Source: Octopus bimaculoides
Taxonomy: Eukaryota
Assembly (NCBI RefSeq): GCF_001194135.2
Contig: NC_068996.1
Coordinates: 35,669,479-35,705,817, forward strand
Direction: 5' to 3'
Length of the DNA stretch: 36,339 bases
The notes under the pieces are model-generated. The model was given only the letters and a program-made list of their open reading frames with translations. It ran no database searches and was not told the origin of the DNA. Both the position numbers and the translations under genes were made by a program. Of this stretch, positions 23,222 to 32,390 are shown one piece after another. The number at the start of each line of letters is the position of its first letter. The first letter of the stretch is position 1.

Positions 23222-24790
23222 TTCATCATCATTTAACATCCGTCTTTGATGCTGGTATAGATTGGACAGCTTGAGACGATCCAATGAACAGGACTACATC
23301 AAACTCTGCTGTCTGCATTGTCATGGTTTCTCTGGTTGGCTGCCCTTCCTAATGCCAACAACTTTACAAAGTGTACTGGAACCAGTAATGTCAACAAGTA
23401 ATATACAAGACAAAACCCTCTCAACCGAGAGGGTGTACTTTGAGCCAGGTGATGAAAGGTTAAAGTATAACAGAGGGACAGAAACAGGTGTCTTGTTTTG
23501 TCATGATTTCTCCAGCTGGATGCCAACCATTTTATACAGTGTACTGTTTTTTTTACAACAGAGGTGCTACTGAGTTTAGCATGTGACTCACGAGACAAAG
23601 GAGAAACCCCACTTAAGGTCTGTAATAAAGGAGGAGATGGCTTTGTGTCAGGTGTTGAGAGACTAAAGTATGATAAGAGGAACAGGTAGAGATGTGTTGT
23701 CACAGAGGAGATGTAGGATGGCTGTCCCACATTATTTAAGGGTGGGTGGGGAGTAGCTGGAAAGGAGACAATGATGATGGTGATGAGGTGTCTGAATGTA
23801 CTTTAAAATACAAAAAGATAAGTAGAAGAGAGTATACAGATAATAAAAAAAAAAAACATTGGAGAGTGGTGTGGATAAGTTCATTGAGTGTGAGTGAAGA
23901 GTGACAAATGGTTAGAGATGGGAAGAGAAGTGAATGTAATGAATGAAACTAGGTTAGAGGTGTGATCAATGATAAATATCAGTTTGGGAAGGGGGGGAGG
24001 TAAAAGAAGTAGCTCAGGAAGGAGGAGGAAGAGGTTATAAGTGGCAATAGAGGAGGGATAGAGAGCAGCAGTATAATAAGTCTGTAGATATCAGAAAATA
24101 TAGAAAAAAAGGTCATGATATGCAGGATGTGAGGGGTGGTGTTGAGACATCCGCCTGAGGTACTATAGTGAGTGGGGATGAAGGAGGGTGGGTAGGCCTT
24201 TCATTTCCTTGCGTTTTTGGATATATGATTTAACGAAGTGGGGGTAAAACAATGTATTCACATATCGTACTTCGATTACTGTTATGTGAGACTCCAAATG
24301 CCCTCTACTGTCTCATGAGATGTGTTACTCTTTATAAGTGAGTTCATCTTAACATCCTAGAGGGGTGTTATTGTCTATCACCACAACAAGGCCATTGAGG
24401 GAAGCTATGAGAGTGTGTGGAGAATGATAGTTGATAAAAGAAGGTGTTAGAGATGAGATCTGGCAGTCCTACAATGTATCTTTAGATGGAAGAGAGAGAT
24501 AACATGAGGCAAAGAAAAAGATTAGTGGAAAATAAAGTGAAAAATGGATGATATTGAAAATGAGAGATGGATGTTAAAAGGAAGTGGTTACAGGGAGAGG
24601 AGAAGGTAACAAGTAGCATAAAGGGGAATGAAATATGTGCAGATTCTGTTGTCATATGATTACAGCAGCTGGATGATAGTGCCATTGTTAGAAGAGTGAT
24701 AGAGGGATAGGTGTTAGAAAGGTGAGAGGTATGAAAGGCTTGATGGTGATGATTGGGTGCAGGAACAGGGCCATGTGAGTGTATAGACAT
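23222..24790 (-). mobile_element. Long non-coding RTE-tail element, copy 2 (with a second RTE tail nested at its 3' end)
   Basis: Blocks homologous to copy 1: 23910-24050 with 6800-6915, 24525-24640 with 7165-7290, and 24640-24790 with 7290-7430. Confidence 0.65.
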
Positions 24791-25559
24791 AAACATAAAG
24801 CTTTTATGATTGTGATTTTATCAAGATGAACAGATCTTGAGCACAGCAAATCACCAGTCATTTTGGTCCTTTTGTTGTCTCCTCCACGAGGTTCTGTGTT
24901 GGAGTGATTGGTTCACTCACATTGTCATAAATATGGATCAACATGAACAGAGGAATATGGATGAGGGGCATATTCTTGGAAATAAACAAATGGTGACAAT
25001 AGTCTTTCAGGTATCCCTTCCTCCTCAAAACAAAACAAACACACTCACACATACATGTAAAAATACATACACACACACACATGTATAAACACAAACATGC
25101 ACCCGCTCTCATACAAAGATGTAACAGCCTTTCTCTGACTCCCTGTTAGAGGGACAATGATTTGAGAGGCAAAGAATGAGCAACATCAGATACTCAAGAA
25201 CCTGAAGGGTTAGTGTGGCAGAGTTGAGAGGAGGAGAGATGTTGCAAAATGCACCAGCCAGCTACCCACCATAGCAAAAGCAACAACTACAACAACAAAT
25301 TTGGCAACATCGACAACAATAACAGCAATGTTTTCACTATTTATCATTACTCTGCCTCTCAAATACGTTCATAATAATGGCAGCATATCTGAGGAGATGT
25401 GTCAATAAGGTGACATTCTCCAACATGACATCAAAGTTACACATAAAAAAAAAGTATAATATGAAATTGTATGAGCATCATGAAATAATCACTATAAAAT
25501 GCCTTCACCCCACACCCCATCCCCGTCCCCCACAAAGAACTAAGCAGTACCAAAATAAA

Positions 25560-26880
25560 GACAGGGTGGCCACTCACACCTGAGAGTTTTCCAGAGGATC
25601 CCCAACTTCATCTTCATGGAAAATAGGGTACCCATTAAAGTTGTGGAAGCAGCCAGGAGGGTAAATAGGCTGAAAGTCTCTTTGCAGTCAAACACCACAA
25701 CCACAATGATGAAAGCAACAGAATAGAACCAGTAGAAGAAATTGTTCAAGACAATGAAGGCTCACAAGAGTGCCCTCCCCTCTCAAATCAAGCATTAGCA
25801 TCAACACTAACACCAGCATGAGCAACACAAACACATCTGTCAAACAGTCTTTGTCATCTCTGATTTCTCTGCAAAGGAGGAGGAGGAGGAGGAGGAGACT
25901 GGAACATGATAAATTGTCTTCAATGTGTGGGAGGGGAAGAAAGAAAAGAAAAGACCACATGGCTCCACTACAAAATATAAAAATAAAAATTAGAAAAGTG
26001 GATTGAAGTCATAAAGAAATAGCCATCATCATCATCATGTAACATCCATTTTCCATGCTGGCATGGGTTGGATGGCTTGACAGGAAATGGCAAGGCTAGG
26101 GGCTGTACCAGGATTTCGTAGCCTGTTTTGGCTTGGTATCTACAGCTGGAAGGAATTTCCTAATGCCAACCACTTTACAAAGGTGTACTGGGTGCTTTTT
26201 ACTTGGCACCATCACATGCTTTTTACATGGTACCAGTACCAGTGTTTTTTGTGTGGCACCATCACAAATGCTTTTTATGGGCACCAGTGCATTTTATGGG
26301 CACCAGTGCATTTTATGGGCACCAGTGCATTTTATGTGGCACCAACACCGATGCTTTTTATGTGGAACCAGCACCCACACTAATGGTTTTTACATGGCAC
26401 CATCAATTCTGCTATGGTGGGTGGGTTTGGGTCTTCTTGAGTACAGCAATGCACCACATATCTTGGTCCTCTGAAAACAGCAAATGCATGGCACAACAAC
26501 AAAGGCATCAAGGACAGCCGAAGATTGAAACCACAACAGCTAAATCTGCAACCACACGACCATCATTGTCACCATGAACAACAAGAAAACATTACCAAAT
26601 ACAACAACCACAGCAAAAACATCAAAAGGTGCAACAAAAGCAATCAAACGTAAATAGTAACAAAAGTGAGTTGATCGAATATATGTCAACAACCGTGAAA
26701 GACAAAATAGAGACACAGTGGTGGATGTGGGGTATTTCAGGTCTTCAAAACTCCCAAAGACAGGTTGTTAATGAAGACATCTCTATATGTCTTCAGAACT
26801 ATACTAAAAGGATTCCCATCTAACATATGGATAGATTTTCAGGACAAGAATCAACAAAATACTAGAGACTACATTAGGAA
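25560..26880 (+). mobile_element. Tx1-like ORF1 remnant, copy D (interrupted by an RTE-tail insertion at about 26025-26415)
   Basis: 26660-26780 (SELIEYM...KIET...LQNSQRQVVNEDI) aligns with the copy B ORF1 C-terminus at 13670-13800 (SELMDFV...SIET...LKNPQGQSIN). The upstream part has an acidic-Trp-basic block like copy C ORF1. Confidence 0.5.
26025..26415 (-). mobile_element. RTE-tail element with an internal minisatellite
   Basis: (ATC)n tail and CCTAATGCCAACCAC motif. About nine 19-28 bp units, including three exact TTTTATGGGCACCAGTGCA at 26273-26329. Confidence 0.7.
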
Positions 26881-26884
26881 TTAG

Positions 26885-27009
26885 GAACTGAACCATGGTA
26901 CCTTGGGCAAGTGTCATCTACTACAACCTAGGGCTGACCAAAGCCGTGTGAGTGGCTCTGATAGATGGAAAATGAAAAAAGCCCATTGTATATATGAGTA
27001 TGTGAGAGT

Positions 27010-27062
<53 letters not shown>

Positions 27063-27190
27063 ATATGGTAAGTACCAAGCTTAAAAGAATAATAAGTATT
27101 GGGGTTGATTCATTTGGCTAAAAACATTTCAAGGCAGTGCCCCAGGATGGCCACAGTCTAATGACTGAAACAAGTAAAAGAATAAAAGAT
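26885..27190 (+). mobile_element. SINE-C
   Basis: Head remnant CCTTGGGCAAGTGTC, internal (AG)n, and tail GGCCACAGTCTAATGACTGAAAC. Confidence 0.7.
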
Positions 27191-27194
27191 ATAT

Positions 27195-27480
27195 AACATG
27201 TATGTGCGTGTGTGTGTGTGTGTGCGTACACGTGTGTGTATGCATGTGTGCGTGTGTGTGCATGAATCTGTGTGCATGCGTGTGTGTGAGTGCATGTGTG
27301 TATATGTATGTGCATGCACGTGTGTGTGCTTGCGTGTATATGTGTGTGTGCACATGTATGTGCATGTGTGTGTGAGTGTGTTTGTATGTCTGCATATATG
27401 TGTGTCTGCATACATGTGTGTTTGCATACATGTGTGTGTGCATATGTGTGTGTATGTGTGTGTGTGCATGCATGTGTGTG

Positions 27481-27518
<38 letters not shown>

Positions 27519-27530
27519 TGTGTGTATGTG
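27195..27530. repeat. Compound (TG)n/(TGCA)n microsatellite
   Basis: Direct reading; it generates the spurious HT/VC ORFs. Confidence 0.95.
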
Positions 27531-27730
27531 TTTGTCTCCCACCACTGGTTGACAAACCAGTGTTGGCTTCTTTATGTCCCCGTAACTTAGCAGTTTGGTA
27601 AATAAGTACCAAGTCTAAAAAAAGAAGAAAGCACTGGGATTGATTCATTCAAACAAAGACTCACGAAGGCAGTGCTCCAACATGGCCACAGTCTAATGAC
27701 TGAAACAAATAAAAGACATAAGATAAAAGA
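27530..27730 (+). mobile_element. SINE-C 3' half
   Basis: Body and the same tail hairpin. Confidence 0.7.
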
Positions 27731-28341
27731 TAATTCCACAAAGCTGACATTTCCTTTCCAAAAGAAGAGTTTGATAATGTGAAGACAGAGGACCACCATG
27801 GCTATGAGTTTCTCTATAAATGGGCATCAGTTTTAACTCAAGTCTCAGTTTAACTCTGCCACTATGATGCTAAGTAAAAATAGCTTCTCACTGTATATAA
27901 AATGGTGCACAGTTCCACCAATATTGCATGAACATTAAAAAATAATTAGTAAACTGAAGTATTTTGAACATTGCCATACCTATGCACACATAAGAACATA
28001 CATACATGTACACACACATACATGTACATACACAAATACATGCCTAGACACATAGACACAAACACACATTTACACAGATGCTCTCTTCTCTGAGGAATAG
28101 GCTACACATAATGGAAAATGCCAAAGTAAAAATCAAACCCTGGATTTTTTTTTTTTTTTTTTTTTTTNNNNNNNNNNNNNNNNNNNNNNNAACACACATT
28201 TACACAGATGCTCTCTTCTCTGAGGAATAGGCTACACATAATGGAAAATGCCAAAGTAAAAATCAAACCCTGGATTTTTTTTTTTTTTTTTTTTTTTTAA
28301 GTTTCAGCTTACAGCTGTGGCCATGCTGATGCACCACCGTG

Positions 28342-28350
28342 AAAAAAAAA
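28342..28350 (-). terminator. Pol III terminator (T9)
   Basis: Run of 9 T on the minus strand, 8 nt downstream of the tRNA 3' end. Confidence 0.6.
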
Positions 28351-28358
28351 TCTCCTGC

Positions 28359-28431
28359 CTCCCCGGCGGGGAATCGAACCCCGGTCTCCCGCGTGACAGG
28401 CGGGGGATACTTACCACTATACTACTGAGGA
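28359..28431 (-). tRNA. tRNA-Asp(GTC), slightly variant (gene or recent retrocopy)
   Basis: Minus strand reads TCCTCAGTAGTATAGTGGTAAGTATCCCCCGCCTGTCACGCGGGAGACCGGGGTTCGATTCCCCGCCGGGGAG. Anticodon arm CCCGC-CT GTC AC-GCGGG, T-loop TTCGATT, intact A and B boxes. There is an A6:C67 mismatch and one extra C. Confidence 0.85.
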
Positions 28432-28654
28432 ACAAATAAATTCTATCTCTATGTCTATATCTGTATCTATGTTCAATCAATCCATCTCTCCAGTTGGCTG
28501 CCTGTCCATCCATACATTCATCTGTCTATTCGTCCATCCATCCGTCCATCCATCCATCCATCCATCCATCCAACCATCTGTTCATCCATCCATCCACCCA
28601 TTCATTCACCCATCTGTCCATCTGTTCATCTGTCCATTTCTCTGTCCTTCCAGG

Positions 28655-28800
28655 CTAGGGTGTTGGGTTCATGGTTAGAAGACCTCATGCTCAGTTTCCA
28701 GGGAATGTGTTACATTGTGTTCTTGGGCAAGGCACTTCATTTCACATTGCTCCAGTCTGCTCAGTGAAAAATGATTAACAACAGCACCCTTGTGAAGAAC
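28655..28800 (+). mobile_element. SINE-E fragment
   Basis: TGTGTTCTTGGGCAAGGCACTTCATTTCACATTGCTCCAGTC. Confidence 0.6.
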
Positions 28801-28907
28801 TGCTGTCCCTTTCAAACTGAACATTCAAGGGAAGGAGTAGAGACTGCTGATGTTTCATTTCAATTATAGAAATGATATCATGATGGCCTGAGTTATCATG
28901 GCTTTGA

Positions 28908-29275
28908 GTCACACACACACACACACACACACCCACTGACACGCACACACACACACTGCCACACTGACACACACGCACGCACGCACGCACGCACGTACGC
29001 ACACACGCACGCACGCACACATACACACACACTGACACTGACACACAGACACACAGACACACATACACACACATTCTTTCTCTCTCTCATGCACATTCAC
29101 ACATGCACAAACTTACATACACATACACACTTACACACTCACTCACACAATTAGACACACACACACACACACACACAAAACATACATACATACCTACATA
29201 CACACCTACATACACTCATACACACTCACACAAACATTTACACACACACACACACACAGAAACACACATATACAT
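28908..29275. repeat. Compound (CA)n microsatellite; (CCAT)n at 28520-28625
   Basis: Direct reading. Confidence 0.95.
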
Positions 29276-29282
29276 GTCTGTG

Positions 29283-29450
29283 TGTGGTGCAGGCATGGAT
29301 GTATGGTTAAGAAATTGGTTTTGCAACTACATGATTTGAGTTCAATCCCATTGCATCACAACATAGAAACAAGGGTCTTCTATTAACACCTTCAACAGAC
29401 CCAATGTCTTGTGAAGGAAATTACAAATGAAAACTGGGTAGAAGCCTTTT
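29283..29450 (+). mobile_element. SINE-C head, old
   Basis: GGTGCAGGCATGG.TGT.TGGTTAAGAA...TTGAGTTCAATCCCA. Confidence 0.55.
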
Positions 29451-29484
29451 ATATGTGTGTGTGTGTAATATATATATACATATA

Positions 29485-29568
<84 letters not shown>

Positions 29569-29789
29569 CATATATATACATGTAACGATGGTGGGTTAGC
29601 TGGGTGAAATTTCAAAGTCACTATCAACCACATTCTTGTTTAAGAAGAATAAATTCTTAATTTACTCTACAAAAATATTGAGTAACCCATCAGATTAATG
29701 TAAAATTATTTTGATTATAACTGAAGATAAAAACAAACATTAATGTGTGTATGTGTGTGTGGCTGCTACATCCATAAGTTTTTTAGTCT

Positions 29790-29940
29790 CTCTCTGTTTA
29801 TTTTCTTATATTCCTTTCTGTTGAAGAGCATAGGCTCGAAATGTAAAAGACTTTCTCACTTTCCTGAGCATCAAATTAATACACTTGCTTGTTGTTCATA
29901 CACCTGTCCTTGTCTTTTGTTTTCTGTAAGTTTCAACTAT
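29790..29940 (+). mobile_element. Penelope-like element terminal-repeat fragment
   Basis: CTG.TGAAGAGC.TAGGCTCGAAA.GT signature followed by a T-rich stretch and (TACA)n. Confidence 0.55.
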
Positions 29941-29965
29941 GTATATATGTATGTATATACATACA

Positions 29966-30000
<35 letters not shown>

Positions 30001-30049
30001 CTATATATATAAAATTGAGAATGTATGTGTGTGTATGTGTGTATGTGTG

Positions 30050-30338
30050 TGTTTGTCTGTGTGTCTGTATGTGGGCATCACTAAAACTCGAGAACTACCC
30101 GACTGATTTCATTCAAATTTTACGTATGCCTTACTTGGGGTCCATGTAGTGTCCTGGGCTAAAAAAATAATTTCAACTTCTTGCGTAATGCGAGGCTGGA
30201 GCAATCTCTTATCTCTTACACTCTTTCAGTATTACATGTCAAAAGTGAAACCATAACATCTCTATTGTAATGTGAGATACTTTCAGAGTTTAATAGTTTC
30301 ACTATTAATACTGAAACTATTAAAGTGAAACTATTATC

Positions 30339-30340
<2 letters not shown>
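30050..30340 (+). mobile_element. Helitron-like non-autonomous fragment
   Basis: TGTCTGTATGT...AAAACTCGAGAACTACCCGACTGATTTCATTCAAATTTTAC resembles the 5' region of non-autonomous Helitrons. Confidence 0.4.
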
Positions 30341-30373
<33 letters not shown>

Positions 30374-30936
30374 NNNNNNNNNNNNNNNNNNNNNNNNNNN
30401 NNNNNNNNNNNNNNNNNNNNNNNNNNNNNNNNNNNNNNNNNNNNNNNNNNNNNNNNNNNNNNNNNNNNNNNNNNNNNNNNNNNNNNNNNNNNNNNNNNNN
30501 NNNNNNNNNNNNNNNNNNNNNNNNNNNNNNNNNNNNNNNNNNNNNNNNNNNNNNNNNNNNNNNNNNNNNNNNNNNNNNNNNNNNNNNNNNNNNNNNNNNN
30601 NNNNNNNNNNNNNNNNNNNNNNNNNNNNNNNNNNNNNNNNNNNNNNNNNNNNNNNNNNNNNNNNNNNNNNNNNNNNNNNNNNNNNNNNNNNNNNNNNNNN
30701 NNNNNNNNNNNNNNNNNNNNNNNNNNNNNNNNNNNNNNNNNNNNNNNNNNNNNNNNNNNNNNNNNNNNNNNNNNNNNNNNNNNNNNNNNNNNNNNNNNNN
30801 NNNNNNNNNNNNNNNNNNNNNNNNNNNNNNNNNNTATATATATATATATATATTTACATATATATATATACACACACACAAACACGCATATATATATATA
30901 TATGTTGATACATGTTGCATGTTTTGGATCCATTAA

Positions 30937-31190
30937 CATATCTTCCTTCTTGAGCCATGCCAGGCTCATGAGTGCCGGTTTCCTGGTTTCAATGGCGTAT
31001 ATATTCCCCACCTGGGTGGGATTTCCTGCCCATCGCAGGATTACTCATTTTTGCCAGCTGAGTGGACTGGAGCAACGTGAAATGAAGTGTTTTGCTCAAG
31101 ATCACAGTGCATCACCTGGTCCAGGAATCAGAACCACAATCTTACGATCATGAATCCAACACACTTACCACTAAGCCACATGCTTCCTCC
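30937..31190 (-). mobile_element. SINE-E (third tail type)
   Basis: Minus strand GCATGTGGCTTAGTGGTAAG...GAGCAAAACACTTCATTTCACGTTGCTCCAGTCCACTCAGCTGGCAAAAATGAGT. Confidence 0.75.
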
Positions 31191-31989
31191 ATTAAAATAT
31201 GCCATATTAATTGATCTAAAATATGCAACTAATGCATAGCTGAAAGATCGCATATTCATTTTAGATCTTAGAATTCCACCACACTACTGAATTCCAGATC
31301 TGAAAATTTCTGCAAATGCAAACATATAGACAAATTTCTTTAGGAAAACTGGAGGACAGCTGAGTAGCAGTCTCGCAGACTTTGGGCTCCTCTTCATTGA
31401 ATTCTTCTATGACAATTAGCTTAGTTATGGCTTCACAGTCAAAAGGGACATAACTCCATAACTCAAACTTTCTTTTCTTTTCTTCTTCTGTTTTTATTCA
31501 CCCATCCACTTTTTGCATCTATCTTCTTTTCATTTTTTTCTCATAATGTCTCTTGTACCAATGTCCTTATTTTCAGACTGTGGACAGAGCCTGGAGTTTG
31601 CTTGGAGAAAACCTGCTTAGACCTGCATCTCCAAAGTAGGACTGAACCTGGAACCATGTGGTTGGTAAGCAAGCTACTTACCACACAACCACTTCTGTGT
31701 CTATATATANNNNNNNNNNNNNNNNNNNNNNNNNNNNNNNNNNNNNNNNNNNNNNNNNNNNNNNNNNNNNNNNNNNNNNNNNNNNNNNNNNNNNNNNNNN
31801 NNNNNNNNNNNNNNNNNNNNNNNNNNNNNNNNNNNNNNNNNNNNNNNNNNNNNNNNNNNNNNNNNNNNNNNNNNNNNNNNNNNNNNNNNNNNNNNNNNNN
31901 NNNNNNNNNNNNNNNNNNNNNNNNNNNNNNNNNNNNNNNNNNNNNNNNNNNNNNNNNNNNNNNNNNNNNNNNNNNNNNNNNNNNNNNNN

Positions 31990-32390
31990 CTGTGTGTAGC
32001 CCATTGTCGGCAGTAAATAAGAAACGTTAGCACGCTGGGCGAATTGCTTAGTGACATTTCGTCTGTCTTTACATTCTGAGTTCAAATTCCACCGAGGTCG
32101 ACTTTGCCTTTCATCCTTTCGGGGTTGATTAAATAAGTACCAGTTTCGCACTGGGGTCTATATAATCGACTTAATCCGTTTGTCTGTCCTTGTTTGTCCC
32201 CTCTGTGTGTAGCCCATTGTCGGCAGTAAATAAGAAACGTTAGCACGCTGGGCGAATTGCTTAGTGACATTTCGTCTGTCTTTACATTCTGAGTTCAAAT
32301 TCCACTGAGGTGTGTACTGGGTCGATCTAATCAACTGGCCCCGCCTCCCCCAAAATTTCAGGCCTTGTGCCTGGAGTAGAAAATAATAGA
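31990..32390 (+). mobile_element. Head-to-tail tandem SINE-D units (period 213 bp)
   Basis: 31990-32099 is repeated at 32203-32311 with one mismatch before the copies diverge. Confidence 0.8.

Noticed and set aside
24120-24790. Possible Penelope GIY-YIG remnant within the long RTE-tail element
   Set aside because: Only vague resemblance; no GIY/YIG or conserved His/Asn motifs could be read in any frame.
27118-27648. Long ORFs rich in HT, VC or YI (also 200-385, 28775-29339, 29342-30149, 35896-36288)
   Set aside because: Translations of dinucleotide and tetranucleotide microsatellites.
28061-28298. Exact ~107-bp direct duplication (28061-28167 and 28191-28298)
   Set aside because: Both copies end in poly-T and flank a 23-N gap, which is typical of unmerged contig overlap.
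31261-31497. 78-codon minus-strand open frame without ATG (KTEEEKKRKFELWSYVPFDCEAITKLIVIEEF...)
   Set aside because: No motif recognised and no convincing splice sites; frames of this length can occur by chance in 36 kb. A tBLASTn hit would revive it.
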